From: a virus
Lineage: Duplodnaviria; Caudoviricetes
Reading direction: 5' to 3' (one strand)
DNA length: 64,000 nt
Virus record (IMG/VR): IMGVR_UViG_2595698880_000001
Coordinates: 17,657 to 81,656 of that record
Position numbers and translations under genes: made by a program. A model generated the notes under the pieces. That model ran no database searches. It saw only the letters and a list, made by a program, of their open reading frames with translations, and was not told where the DNA came from. Below are positions 9,669 through 20,386 of the stretch, in pieces. The number at the start of each line of letters is the position of its first letter. Position 1 is the stretch's first letter.

Positions 9669-10376
9669 ATGCTCACTTTAGTACACGAAGACATTTGCGT
9701 TTATTTGGATTATATGATTTCGCAAAGTCTACAGAAGACAGGTAAAAATTTATCTTTCATAAATGATTCTATTGAAGGGATAGCTAATTTGGGCCGCTTT
9801 GAAATCGAAGTGGTTCAAGGTTCTTTTGCAAGATTCACAATTAAGATCGAAACACAAACAATCACTTTCAATACTCCTTTAGTTGTTGGTGACAAATTAA
9901 GCATTGATTTGGATAAAAACATCTTTAAAAAGAACGGATCGATGATCTTCACTGATGCTATTTTAACATTAGAAGATAACTCTTACGTTAATGTCAATGT
10001 TGATTTTGTTGGTGATGGTACTGCTTCTGTAACTTATTTCTATAAGTATTATGAAAAAAGAACAGATGATTTGATGTTTGTTGATAGTCTATCTTATGAC
10101 AAAAGTATCGAATACTCAAGTAGAACAAACATTCGAAATGAAAAGAAGATCGTCGGCAATAAAAAAGAAACGTTCAGTTTTTCTTTAAGCCTTATTTGGA
10201 ATGAGGATCAAGCTGAATTGATCGATGACGAATTCCGTTTACGTCTGATTGATGAAGAAGGATTTCCAATCGAAACAATGGCTGGATGTGTAATTACTTC
10301 TGAACGAAAAGGTTCTTCTTCTAATGGTGGAGATTTCACTTACGAAATTTCAGGAAGTTTCGAAAAAATTTATTAA
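9669..10376 (+). CDS. minor tail protein (tail-tube paralog with Dit-like inserted domain)
   Basis: C-terminal half aligns by eye with 2355-2861; middle resembles the Dit C-terminal domain. Confidence 0.5.
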   Translation: MLTLVHEDICVYLDYMISQSLQKTGKNLSFINDSIEGIANLGRFEIEVVQGSFARFTIKIETQTITFNTPLVVGDKLSIDLDKNIFKKNGSMIFTDAILTLEDNSYVNVNVDFVGDGTASVTYFYKYYEKRTDDLMFVDSLSYDKSIEYSSRTNIRNEKKIVGNKKETFSFSLSLIWNEDQAELIDDEFRLRLIDEEGFPIETMAGCVITSERKGSSSNGGDFTYEISGSFEKIY

Positions 10377-10463
10377 AGAAATGAGAAATGCATCCGAAAC
10401 CCTTGTATTAATGAATTCAGAACGGAAAAGTTCAATATTTTTTAATTAATGGAGGGTTTTGGA

Positions 10464-10922
10464 ATGGCAAAGGTTAATAAATTCGCAAGCAAGGTTAGTA
10501 AATTAAAACGTACAGGTAAGGTACACTTTAACACTGATGAAGGTGAAGTGTTGGAATTCGTGGTTGAATCACGTAAAAGTGAAGCTATCGATGAAATTAA
10601 TGGACAATATGATGCTCTTAAACCAAAAGTGCCGACTAAAAAATTACCAGCTCGTAACGGCTTCAAAGTAGTTGAGCAGCATGACGATCCTGAATATAAA
10701 AAAGCTTTAGGTGTTATTCAACGTAAGAACTTAGCTCATTTAGCTTTACTGTTCTTAGCTGAAGACGAACGCCCTGAAGGTGAAATTGAAGAACAAGTTC
10801 AGCAAATTATGGACATTGAACTTGCTGGATTCATCGGTAAAGTCGTTAACAAAGGTCTTGAGATTTCAGGTCTAGGCGGCGAAGATGATGAAGAAGAGTT
10901 CGAAGAAGTAAAAAACGACTAG
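10464..10922 (+). CDS. tail assembly chaperone (gpG-like)
   Basis: acidic tail ending EEVKND with slippery A AAA AAC at 10910-10916. Confidence 0.75.
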   Translation: MAKVNKFASKVSKLKRTGKVHFNTDEGEVLEFVVESRKSEAIDEINGQYDALKPKVPTKKLPARNGFKVVEQHDDPEYKKALGVIQRKNLAHLALLFLAEDERPEGEIEEQVQQIMDIELAGFIGKVVNKGLEISGLGGEDDEEEFEEVKND

Positions 10923-11113
10923 TAGTAGGAGGGAAATTGAAGAATGGCGTTTACGAAGATTACATTTGGTTAGATATTTGTGAACGTTATGGATTAAATC
11001 CTATCACTGAATTCGATCCCCTACCTGATGACATAAAAATAATGATGAAAGCCAAATGGACGATTGACCAGGAACATAATTCAGAAATGGCTAAGAAGCA
11101 AAGTGAGGGGTAG
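10910..11113 (+). CDS. tail assembly chaperone -1 frameshift extension (gpT-like)
   Basis: -1 frame open from the slippery site: RLVVGG...WLDICERYGLNPITEFDPLP...QSEG*. Confidence 0.7.
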   Translation, partial: KKRLVVGGKLKNGVYEDYIWLDICERYGLNPITEFDPLPDDIKIMMKAKWTIDQEHNSEMAKKQSEG

Positions 11114-11140
11114 GGCTTATGTCTTACCTCTCATTTTTAT
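11103..11140 (+). terminator. intrinsic terminator
   Basis: GAGGGGTAGGGC-ttat-GTCTTACCTCTC + ATTTTT. Confidence 0.7.
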
Positions 11141-11157
11141 TTATGGGAGGTGTTTTT

Positions 11158-11604
11158 ATGAGTCTAAGAAGAAAGAAATCAACTGTACAGCTGTTCAGGG
11201 ATGACATCAAACAAAACATTGAACGCGAAGGATCGAACGTTGTATTTGAATGGACTGAAGTAACAGGTGCTACTTGGAATGAAACCTATGAATTGTGGGA
11301 GGGTGGAACAGAAACCAAACAATTCTACCACGAACGCGGAATAGGTAAGATTGTTGATTATAAAGAAGACATCATGGAAGAAGAATTTGCACGTTTTAAT
11401 GTTGGTGAGTGCATTGTTCGTTTCCCTTATGATTCACCTATATTCGATGTTTTAACAGGTAAGTCAGATGTTACATTCATTTACCAGGGCCAACGATTTA
11501 AAATCGATTCTCCAATGTATACAGGTGATATGATCGACAATTCCTTTTACGCTTTAACTGTTCGCGGTGTGAAAGATTACGATGGAGCTGTTAAACGTGA
11601 TTAG
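11158..11604 (+). CDS. putative head-closure/head-tail joining protein
   Basis: RBS GGGAGGTG before ATG 11158; FIYQGQRFKI motif typical of gp16-like stoppers. Confidence 0.5.
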   Translation: MSLRRKKSTVQLFRDDIKQNIEREGSNVVFEWTEVTGATWNETYELWEGGTETKQFYHERGIGKIVDYKEDIMEEEFARFNVGECIVRFPYDSPIFDVLTGKSDVTFIYQGQRFKIDSPMYTGDMIDNSFYALTVRGVKDYDGAVKRD

Positions 11605-12073
11605 AATGAAGCTTGATACAAAAGCAACTGAAAATCTAGTCCAAAAATTAAAACTGATGCAAAGAGAAATTCTTCAAGAAACGAACAGTGTTGTTAATGA
11701 CTTAGATCGTAACTTAACTGAAACGTACGAACGATCCGTAGACGAATTAGTTTATGACCAATATTCTCCTGAAAAATACCAACGAACACTTCATTTACGT
11801 GGTGCTCATGGAGCTTTGCAGAGGGACGTTCAATTAGTTGGTTATAAAAAGAATTACACATTTAAGATTGATGGAAGTAGTCGTGATCCGGTGGATGGTC
11901 AGTCATGGGATACAAAAGCTTACAATGTTGAGCACGGAACAACTGAAATGAGTGTAGGATTTAATCGTCCATTTATAGCACCTACTCAACAGAAATTAGA
12001 ATTCGAAACCGAACGATTACGAAAATATTACATTGAACGTATTCGCGGTTTTATAAGAAAGGCGGCTAAATGA
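11582..12073 (+). CDS. HK97 gp10-like tail completion protein
   Basis: YQRT..L, AYNVEHGT and RPFIAPT motifs. Confidence 0.7.
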   Translation: MELLNVIRMKLDTKATENLVQKLKLMQREILQETNSVVNDLDRNLTETYERSVDELVYDQYSPEKYQRTLHLRGAHGALQRDVQLVGYKKNYTFKIDGSSRDPVDGQSWDTKAYNVEHGTTEMSVGFNRPFIAPTQQKLEFETERLRKYYIERIRGFIRKAAK

Positions 12074-12531
12074 TGGTATTCGATCAAGAAAAATATATCG
12101 AAAGTGTCAAAGGGATTATCATCGCTTATATCAAGAAAACCTTTCCTGAACACAAAGTCATAACCGCTTTCCCTGATGTCGAAGGAACTAATTTAGATTT
12201 AAGTGTTCCTATGATATATGTCGAATTCGAACGTGAATCGAATATCGAAAGACGTAGGGGGAAATGGGTAGGAGCTGACAGTTATCAACGAAGAGTAACC
12301 GTTGTTTATTCTATCCAGGTTTTTACAAGTGGTGATGGAAAGGGAGTATTAGCTAGGGATCGTACTATTCAGAAATTGAAAGTCGATATTCCTAGAAATG
12401 AAAGAGTTTTCGCTGGTCAGGGCTTACGTAAAGTTGATATGCGTTTCATGGGATCGTATCGATTAAGGGAACGTATTCATCTAGCAAGAATGGAAGTCTT
12501 TACACAAGTAACGATGACAACAATAATGTAA
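12070..12531 (+). CDS. putative tail terminator protein
   Basis: PMIYVE and YSIQVFT patterns; follows the gp10-like gene. Confidence 0.55.
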   Translation: MMVFDQEKYIESVKGIIIAYIKKTFPEHKVITAFPDVEGTNLDLSVPMIYVEFERESNIERRRGKWVGADSYQRRVTVVYSIQVFTSGDGKGVLARDRTIQKLKVDIPRNERVFAGQGLRKVDMRFMGSYRLRERIHLARMEVFTQVTMTTIM

Positions 12532-12546
12532 AGGTTGGTGGAATAG

Positions 12547-13269
12547 GTGCTAGGAAGGAAAAGAAAGGAATTTAGTTATGTTGAAAAAAAGTTCAAAGAA
12601 AGAGGATTTGAACTTTTAGAAGTTTGTTATCAAGGTAGTAAAAAAAGAATGAAATATAGATGTCCTAACCATCCACATAAAGATACATTTATTACATTAA
12701 ATGAATTAACGAGTGGAAATAATTGCCCTTATTGTTCAAGAAAGAAAGTTGATTTCGAAGATATTATAGTCGCTTTTCACAATAAGAACTTAATCCTCTT
12801 AGATGAAAGTTATAAAGGAAATAGAACTAAAATGAAATTCGTTTGTAGAATTCACAATGATACTGTTCAGAAAATTAATTGGCACGATTTTAATAACACT
12901 ACATTCAGTTGTAAGTTTTGTGGTGTTGAACATAGAAATAAACAAATTTCAGGTTCTAACCATTACAACTATAACCCTGAATTGACAGAAGAAGATAGAG
13001 AAAGAAAAAGAACTACAGAAGAATATAAAAATTGGAGAATGTCTGTTTTTGAAAGAGATAACTACGCTTGTCAAAAGTGCGGTGAACATGGTGGTGTTCT
13101 TCGTGGTCATCACAAAGATGGATACCATTGGTGCAAAGAAAGAAGATTTGATTTAGATAACGGTGTAACTTTGTGTGAATCTTGTCATGATAATTTTCAT
13201 TCGGAATTCGGATTAAGAAATAACACTGAAAAACAATTCGATCAATGGATTAAGGATGGTGAGGAATAA
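12547..13269 (+). CDS. HNH homing endonuclease with zinc-ribbon repeats
   Basis: YRCPNH..CPYC repeats; WRMSVFERDNYACQKC..HH..NGVTLCESCH..FH. Confidence 0.85.
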   Translation: MLGRKRKEFSYVEKKFKERGFELLEVCYQGSKKRMKYRCPNHPHKDTFITLNELTSGNNCPYCSRKKVDFEDIIVAFHNKNLILLDESYKGNRTKMKFVCRIHNDTVQKINWHDFNNTTFSCKFCGVEHRNKQISGSNHYNYNPELTEEDRERKRTTEEYKNWRMSVFERDNYACQKCGEHGGVLRGHHKDGYHWCKERRFDLDNGVTLCESCHDNFHSEFGLRNNTEKQFDQWIKDGEE

Positions 13270-16200
13270 TGTCAGATCAAATTAAAATCAGCTTCCAGGT
13301 AGACGGTGAGGAGCTTAAACAGATAACACAAGCTATGAATATTTTGGACAAGTTCAACAAACAAGCAAAAACTGTTGTTGATGGTTTAAATGGCATGGGT
13401 ACTTCAATGAATGGTGTTGGTCAATCCGCTAAGAATCAAAAAAATTCCATTGAAAATTTAGATGCTGCAATGCAATCATGGTCAAATAAGATCAAAGGTC
13501 AACAAAAAGAAATGCTGCAACATTCACAAACAGCTAAACGAATGGCTAATACTTTAAATCAATTAGGTTCTGATGCTAAAGTGACTGCTGATTCTGCTGG
13601 ACGTTTATCTGCAACTTTTAAAGATATGAATGGAAACACTGTTAGAATGTCCGGTACTGTTCAACAATTGAATAGCCAAATCGGACAAATGAAAACAACT
13701 ATCACCGCTACTTCTTCTGCTGTAACTGATTCTAACAAACGTCTTGCAGCAATGAATAAAGAACAACAACAGTTAGCTAAAGCTATGGCTGATGGACGTT
13801 CTAAATTCGAAAATCAATCCAAAGCTGTAAGTAAATTAGCTCAAGATTACGATAAGCTCCACACTGGAACTCGTGATTTATCTAAAGTTTTAGCTGATAA
13901 CAAAGGTAAGTTCGACGTTTATACTAACTCATTACAAAAGAATAGTCAAATTATGAAAGCTTCAATTGATGCTCACGGAAAGTTCTCTCAAACGTTGAAG
14001 AACGAAAAAGGTGAGTTAACGACTATTTCAGGTTATTACGACAAGAACAATCAACGGATCACTGAATACAATCGTAGCATTGTTAAATCTGCTGATGCAA
14101 TGGGTAGAGCTAGTAAATCAGCTAATCGTTATCAAGCTGAATTGATGGGCCTTAACAAGCAAGCGAAAAGTTTCGGTGAGTCACTAGAACATTCAGCTAC
14201 TAAAATGGTTGAGTGGGGCGCTGCTGGTGCTGTTGTATTTGGTATCCAGGATGCTTTTAGAGGTCTAGGTGCAACTATCCTAGAAGTAGATTCACAAATG
14301 ACTCAATTACGCCGTGTACTTGACGATGATGTTGATATGGGTAAATTGTTTGATGGTGCTGTTCGTAATGCAAGTTTGTTAGGTATTAAGTTAACAGACA
14401 TCAATGAAGCGATGATTGAGTTCGGAAGACAAGGTTTTGACGATAGCGAAATCGAAAAATTAACTAAAGCAACAGGTATGATGAAGAACGTAGCTGATAT
14501 GGATATGGGTATGGCTTCTGAAAACATGACTGCTTTCCTTGCTACATTCAGACGTGGCGTTGACGATACAATGGAATATGTTGACAAATTGAACGAAGTT
14601 GATAACAAGTACGCTGTAAGTGTTGACCAGCTATCTAACTCCATTCGTAAGGCCGGTGGTACTGCAAATGCTTTCGGTGTTTCTATGGATATGGTAATCG
14701 GTTATACAACAGCTATCGGTGAAGCGACTCGTGAAAGTGGTCAACAAATCGGTAACGCATTAAAAACAATTTTCTCTCGTGTAACAACATTAGGCGGCGC
14801 TGAAAAAGTTTTAAATGCTGTTGGTATCGCTGTTAAAGATCAGGCCGGTGAAGCTCGTAAAGCTGAAGATATTTTCGGTGATCTACACAAAGTATGGGGC
14901 GATTTAACAAATGCTGAAAGACAGAACATCGCGTTAAAAGTCGCTGGAACGCATCAAGTAAACAGATTCTTGGTTATGATGCAGAACTATGATAAAGCTT
15001 TAAAATCGGCTAAAACAGCTGAAAATTCATGGGGATCAGCTCAACGCGAAAATGCTAAGTACATGGAATCATTACAAGCTAAATTAAACAACTTATGGTC
15101 TTCATTACAATTAGCTGCTGTAGCTGCTGGTGATGCAGGATTAACTAAAGCGTTCAAGGTGCTTATTGAAACAGCTAATACATTAGTTCAAGGTGTGTTA
15201 GGAATGGGTAAAGCAATGGGAGATTTTGCATTATTGTTACCTGTTGTTGCCACTGGAATAGGCTTATTCACATTCAATCTTATGAAAGTTAAAGCTAATG
15301 CTGATCTTGCTGTAATCAGTTTGAATACTGTTGGTACTGCTACACAACAAATGGCCCTTAAAATGGGAGCTTCTACAACTGCTGCAACTGTTCTAGGTGG
15401 TGCTGTTGGACGTATTACCGGTGGTATTAGAGCAATGACAATTGCTTTAGCAACAAACCCATTCACAATTTTACTAGCTGCTGCTTCTACAATTGCTTAC
15501 TTTGTAGGTCAATCTAAACAGATGGACGATCAACTTAAATCTATGCAAAACGGATTCAAAGATTCTACAAAAGAATTCAAAGCATTCCAGGAAGCTATTG
15601 CTAACAAATCTGTTGATGAATATTCTGTTAACAAATACAAAACTCAAGTAGATATGTTAAAAGATTCTACAGTCCTTTTAAATGGTGTTATGAAGGATGG
15701 AGTTAAAGTATATGAACAACAGAATAACAGTATGGTCGCAATGAAAGCTGGTACTGAAACAATGGGTATGAGTCAGGCCCAAATGAAGAAGCACTATGCT
15801 GAAACAACACTAGCTCGTAAAGCCCTTTCCGAAGAAGAAATGACATCATTATCAACATTAGGTATTTCAATCAAGAAGAACACAACTTTAGCTGATGTTG
15901 TTAATCAAGTTAAGAATCGTCAAATCGATGTCAAAGGTGCTGTAAAAGATGCTGGTGAAGCAATGAAGAAAGCTGACAAAGAAGCTATTTCTCCTGCTAT
16001 CGATCAATACGGTGATTTGAACGATCAATTAGATAAAAACGCTTCGTTAATGGAAAACGCTATTGGTTTCACTAACAAGTATATCAAATCGATCAAAGAA
16101 CAGATTGGTGTAGTTGAATTATTATCAGGTCAAGAAAATTTAAGCAAGACACAAAAAGACCTTTTAACAATGTCTACTCAAAACTTAACTGAAGCTTTTG

Positions 16201-19200
16201 GAGATCAGAATGATACAACTGAAGATGTAATTAAAAAAGCTAAAGGTCAAGTTAAGAGTATGGATGAATTGATGGAGCTTTCAGGTAAACTAGCTGATGG
16301 TACTGCTACTAATGAAGAGAAGAAACGTGCTCAATATCTTCTTACACAACAGGCAACATACGAAAATACTCGTGTGGCCCAACAAGAAGCGAATAAAGTA
16401 GCTAAAGCTAAACAACAAGAAGCAAAAGAACATAATTATACAGCTGGTCAAGCGTTCCAAGCTAGTATTAAAACGAATAAGGCTTCTTCTAGTATTTCAT
16501 CTACGACTACTCAAAAGATGGGTATTGTCAGAGGTGAGTTAAATACAACTGGAACTAAACACGCTGAACACGCTAAATCAGCTCAAGATTCATCTAAGAA
16601 AGTACAATTAGCTGGTAGCGAAATGTTCAAAGCTTCTAAACGTGATTTCAGCAAAACAAGAGATCAAGTTGACCAAACGAAGAAAGAATACAACAAGTTA
16701 GAAGATGAAGCTAAAAACATCCCTAAAGGTATCGCTAAAGGTATCATTAATGCTATCGCTGATCCTGAAAAAGCTATTGCTAAATTAGCTGAAAGTCTTG
16801 TTAAGAAATTTAAAAAGGCTTTAGGAATCAAGTCACCTTCTCGTGTGTTTATGGCTTTAGGTGGACACGTTATCGACGGTTTAGTAAATGGTTTAGATGT
16901 TGATAACTTGAAATCATTAGGTCAGAACGCATTTAAAGATTTCGCTGATGGAGCTTTCAACTCAATGGATCAGATTAAAATGTTCCTAAGTGGTGGCGGC
17001 CCTGGAAACTTTAAGAATCCTGGTGGCGGTGGAGCTGGTTGGAGATCGATGATTTATGCTGCTGCTGCTCAAATGGGTCAATCGGTCACTGAATCAGAGG
17101 TAAATGGAATAATTGCCCAAATAAATAGGGAATCCGGAGGAAACCAAAACATCACTCAAAGTAGTGCTGTATGGGACGTTAATACCGCTGCTGGAAACCC
17201 GGCTAGAGGACTTTTGCAGTATATTCCTCAAACATTTAATGCGTATAAAGTCCCAGGTTATGGTTCTATCTATAACGGATATCACCAACTTTTGGCCTTC
17301 TTTAATAACAAAACTTGGAAACGCGATCTTCCATATGGACGAAGAGGATGGGGGCCAAGGGGCGGTACATTCTTTGCAAACGGCGGTATAACAGGATCTA
17401 TCTATCAACAGGCCGAAAGTAACGGATTTGTGCCAAATGGAGGATTTATCAATAAACCTCATTTTGTAGATGGTGGACGTGGTATTGCAGGTGAAGCAGG
17501 AGCAGAAGCTATCATTCCTTTATCGAACATGCGTAGAAGTCGTGCTTTAGACCTATATTCACAAGTTGGAAATATCTTAGGAGTTCACGCTTATGCTAAT
17601 GGTGGAGTAACTAAGAAGACAACAACGAAAGCTAAACAACCTCCTGCTGCTTGGTATACTGTTCAATCAGGTAATACTTTAGCTGGTATCGCTAAGTTGT
17701 TCGGAACTTCAGTTAAGTATTTACAAAGCATTAACAAAGGTTTAGCTAAGACATCTAAAGATAAAAAGCTTACTGAAAAAATGAAAGTATCCGTTGCTGG
17801 ATTGATTACGAAAGATGGTTCTTATCGTGCTAATGATTTACTTTCACCTTATCGTAAAAAAGCCGGTTATGTTCAAGCTGAAAATGGTACATGGGTAAAG
17901 AAAACAACAACGAAAGCTCCTGCTAAGAAACCAACAACACCAGCTAAACCACCAGCAAAAACATACGCAACTAAATACGGTCATGTAACAGCTATTGAAG
18001 GTGATTATAGCGAAATGATGTCTACAATTGGATACTTGCAAAACAATGGTATCTATAATGATTCTCAAGCATTATACGCTATGAAATCTCAAGTTCGTCC
18101 ACAAACTAGAGGTACACAAGATCGTCGTGCTTATAATGATGCTCAAATCGATATTATTTCTAAAATGGATAATGTCAAGAAAGCTTCAGAATGGTTCAGA
18201 AGCGCTAACCTTTTCTTATCAGGTGACGATTGGAAGAAAGCGTACAATCAAACTATGGAAATGGTTAAGGCTAATGCAGAAGCAAAAGCTCAAGCTGAAA
18301 ACGATTCTAAGTTAGCTAACCGTCAAGCGACTTTATCTCGTGAGCAAACACTTGGATTAGCAACAGCTTCTCGTACTTCATCTTACCTACGTGGAAACAT
18401 TCGCGCTTACTCTAAGACTGATGAACAGAAGTTAGCATACAACACGGCTCAAATGGACGTATTTAAAGGAATGGAAAACCTTAAAACGTTTGGTCAATGG
18501 TTCGATCAAGCTAAGTTGTTCGGTACTGCTGCTGAAATCAAACAAATCAAGGAAAACTTAACTGAAATTGTTCGAGATAATGCAATCGCTGGTGTTACAA
18601 ATGCTACTAATGCATGGTTTGACACTTTCAGTAAACGTACTCCTGAAGTCATCAAGAACCTGGAAAGAACAGTCAATACGATTGATTCAATCAAAACAGC
18701 TCAAGAAGATGCAGTATTGAATAGCAAGATTGATTCTTATATTTCTGATCGTCAAGCTGCTTTAGGTTTCGATAACCGTACTGACATTGAGAAAAAGCAA
18801 TCGAAAATGGATTCTGTTAAGAGTCAAATCGATGCAGCTATTCAGCAAAACGCTGAACTCAAATTCAAAACGGATTCTTCAGACATTAATGCTAGATTGA
18901 AACAACTACAAGCTGATAAGGATAAGTTGAATCAAGGGATGAAAGAAACAAGTGCTTACGGGAAATCGAAAGGTTTATCTGATAAGGACATCAATGATTC
19001 TCTTCAACTTTACAAAGATCAACTTGCAGCTATTCAAGAAGAAACAACTAAGCTGATCCAGCAGAAGAAAGATTCTGTTGATATGTTTAACGCGAACGAA
19101 ACAGCTATTGGTTCTTTAACTGAAGAATATAAGAAATTAGAACGTGAAATGCAAGAAACGCAACGTCAAGCTGATATCCTTCAGAAGATCAAAGATAAAG

Positions 19201-20018
19201 TTAATTCTATTTTTGATTGGGATACAAGTAATGTGCTGACTGAAAAAACTGACCAATTCGGAAACACGGTGCGTGATATCGAAGGTAACGTTCAGAAAGT
19301 CCTAGACATTCAGAAAGCTATCCAGGATATCACAGCTGATATTTACAGCAATATCGGAAACACTGTTGACGAAATGGTGACTGAAATCATTTCTTCTCAA
19401 CTACCTTCCATCGGTGATTTAATGGGTAATGACAATGATTACGGTGCAATTTCTTCAGGTATTAACGGCGCGATTGATTCAGTTAAGCCAACGTGGGATG
19501 CAACACTTTCTTACATGGCTCAATCAACTTCTCAAATGTTCAGTTCTCAAAACTGGCAAGCTGTTTCTCAAGGATGGATTCAAAGCATGGGTTCTACTAT
19601 CCAATCTCTTCAACCTTTGTTTGAGCAGATGATGGTAACTATGCCTGAAACTATGGGTAAAATGTTTGAAAACTTACCTTCACTTGTTTCTGTAGCAATG
19701 CAGAACATTACGACAGGTATCTTTAATACAGTTATCCAAATCCTTAATCAAATGGTTGCTACAGTGAATCAGATCGTTCCTGCTGCTCAACGTATTCCTG
19801 CTTTTGAGTCAATGCAATATGCGACTCCAACGTATACGCAAAATAACGACAATAGCTCTACAGAAGAGAAGAAAGTGTACTCTGCTGATACTAATGTAGT
19901 TAGAAATGTAACGTATGTTGTTCAAGCTGGTGTAGTTGTTGGAACGCAAAGTGAAATGAAAGAATTCGCTATGATGATTAAAGAATTGATTGATGAAGAA
20001 GAAGGACGTGGTAATTAA
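13269..20018 (+). CDS. tape measure protein (TP901-type core, SLT transglycosylase, LysM)
   Basis: 2249 aa; RESGQQIGNALKTIFSR core; QINRESGGN..ARGLLQY SLT; YTVQSGNTLAGIA LysM. Confidence 0.95.
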   Translation: MSDQIKISFQVDGEELKQITQAMNILDKFNKQAKTVVDGLNGMGTSMNGVGQSAKNQKNSIENLDAAMQSWSNKIKGQQKEMLQHSQTAKRMANTLNQLGSDAKVTADSAGRLSATFKDMNGNTVRMSGTVQQLNSQIGQMKTTITATSSAVTDSNKRLAAMNKEQQQLAKAMADGRSKFENQSKAVSKLAQDYDKLHTGTRDLSKVLADNKGKFDVYTNSLQKNSQIMKASIDAHGKFSQTLKNEKGELTTISGYYDKNNQRITEYNRSIVKSADAMGRASKSANRYQAELMGLNKQAKSFGESLEHSATKMVEWGAAGAVVFGIQDAFRGLGATILEVDSQMTQLRRVLDDDVDMGKLFDGAVRNASLLGIKLTDINEAMIEFGRQGFDDSEIEKLTKATGMMKNVADMDMGMASENMTAFLATFRRGVDDTMEYVDKLNEVDNKYAVSVDQLSNSIRKAGGTANAFGVSMDMVIGYTTAIGEATRESGQQIGNALKTIFSRVTTLGGAEKVLNAVGIAVKDQAGEARKAEDIFGDLHKVWGDLTNAERQNIALKVAGTHQVNRFLVMMQNYDKALKSAKTAENSWGSAQRENAKYMESLQAKLNNLWSSLQLAAVAAGDAGLTKAFKVLIETANTLVQGVLGMGKAMGDFALLLPVVATGIGLFTFNLMKVKANADLAVISLNTVGTATQQMALKMGASTTAATVLGGAVGRITGGIRAMTIALATNPFTILLAAASTIAYFVGQSKQMDDQLKSMQNGFKDSTKEFKAFQEAIANKSVDEYSVNKYKTQVDMLKDSTVLLNGVMKDGVKVYEQQNNSMVAMKAGTETMGMSQAQMKKHYAETTLARKALSEEEMTSLSTLGISIKKNTTLADVVNQVKNRQIDVKGAVKDAGEAMKKADKEAISPAIDQYGDLNDQLDKNASLMENAIGFTNKYIKSIKEQIGVVELLSGQENLSKTQKDLLTMSTQNLTEAFGDQNDTTEDVIKKAKGQVKSMDELMELSGKLADGTATNEEKKRAQYLLTQQATYENTRVAQQEANKVAKAKQQEAKEHNYTAGQAFQASIKTNKASSSISSTTTQKMGIVRGELNTTGTKHAEHAKSAQDSSKKVQLAGSEMFKASKRDFSKTRDQVDQTKKEYNKLEDEAKNIPKGIAKGIINAIADPEKAIAKLAESLVKKFKKALGIKSPSRVFMALGGHVIDGLVNGLDVDNLKSLGQNAFKDFADGAFNSMDQIKMFLSGGGPGNFKNPGGGGAGWRSMIYAAAAQMGQSVTESEVNGIIAQINRESGGNQNITQSSAVWDVNTAAGNPARGLLQYIPQTFNAYKVPGYGSIYNGYHQLLAFFNNKTWKRDLPYGRRGWGPRGGTFFANGGITGSIYQQAESNGFVPNGGFINKPHFVDGGRGIAGEAGAEAIIPLSNMRRSRALDLYSQVGNILGVHAYANGGVTKKTTTKAKQPPAAWYTVQSGNTLAGIAKLFGTSVKYLQSINKGLAKTSKDKKLTEKMKVSVAGLITKDGSYRANDLLSPYRKKAGYVQAENGTWVKKTTTKAPAKKPTTPAKPPAKTYATKYGHVTAIEGDYSEMMSTIGYLQNNGIYNDSQALYAMKSQVRPQTRGTQDRRAYNDAQIDIISKMDNVKKASEWFRSANLFLSGDDWKKAYNQTMEMVKANAEAKAQAENDSKLANRQATLSREQTLGLATASRTSSYLRGNIRAYSKTDEQKLAYNTAQMDVFKGMENLKTFGQWFDQAKLFGTAAEIKQIKENLTEIVRDNAIAGVTNATNAWFDTFSKRTPEVIKNLERTVNTIDSIKTAQEDAVLNSKIDSYISDRQAALGFDNRTDIEKKQSKMDSVKSQIDAAIQQNAELKFKTDSSDINARLKQLQADKDKLNQGMKETSAYGKSKGLSDKDINDSLQLYKDQLAAIQEETTKLIQQKKDSVDMFNANETAIGSLTEEYKKLEREMQETQRQADILQKIKDKVNSIFDWDTSNVLTEKTDQFGNTVRDIEGNVQKVLDIQKAIQDITADIYSNIGNTVDEMVTEIISSQLPSIGDLMGNDNDYGAISSGINGAIDSVKPTWDATLSYMAQSTSQMFSSQNWQAVSQGWIQSMGSTIQSLQPLFEQMMVTMPETMGKMFENLPSLVSVAMQNITTGIFNTVIQILNQMVATVNQIVPAAQRIPAFESMQYATPTYTQNNDNSSTEEKKVYSADTNVVRNVTYVVQAGVVVGTQSEMKEFAMMIKELIDEEEGRGN

Positions 20019-20383
20019 TGGATCAATTTAGATTAGGAGTCAAAGGAGAGGGCTATGCCTTCTTCCTTCCTGATTCTTATAACAAAGACACAAAAGTAAT
20101 CGGTGGACAAATGCGTAGATCAATTAGCGGTAAAGCTAAAAGGGATATCATCACCACTAAGAAAGTATTTTCACTTGGATTCACATTTTTATCAGCTGAT
20201 GAAACTGCTGCTATTTATGAACAGTTCTTAAAAAATATCGAAGATGGTAAAAACTTAACCTTTGCTGATGATGAAGGTGTAGAATATACCGTGATGTTCG
20301 CTAATGACAGTTTCGGAATTAGTGATAGACAAGCTGCTGATGAAGTTTTTTGGTCAGGGAATATTAACTTGGAAGAGGTGTAA
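20018..20383 (+). CDS. distal tail protein (short Dit/gpM-like)
   Basis: 121 aa immediately after TMP; RRSISGK..DII..KKVFSLGF. Confidence 0.6.
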   Translation: MDQFRLGVKGEGYAFFLPDSYNKDTKVIGGQMRRSISGKAKRDIITTKKVFSLGFTFLSADETAAIYEQFLKNIEDGKNLTFADDEGVEYTVMFANDSFGISDRQAADEVFWSGNINLEEV

Positions 20384-20386
20384 GGA

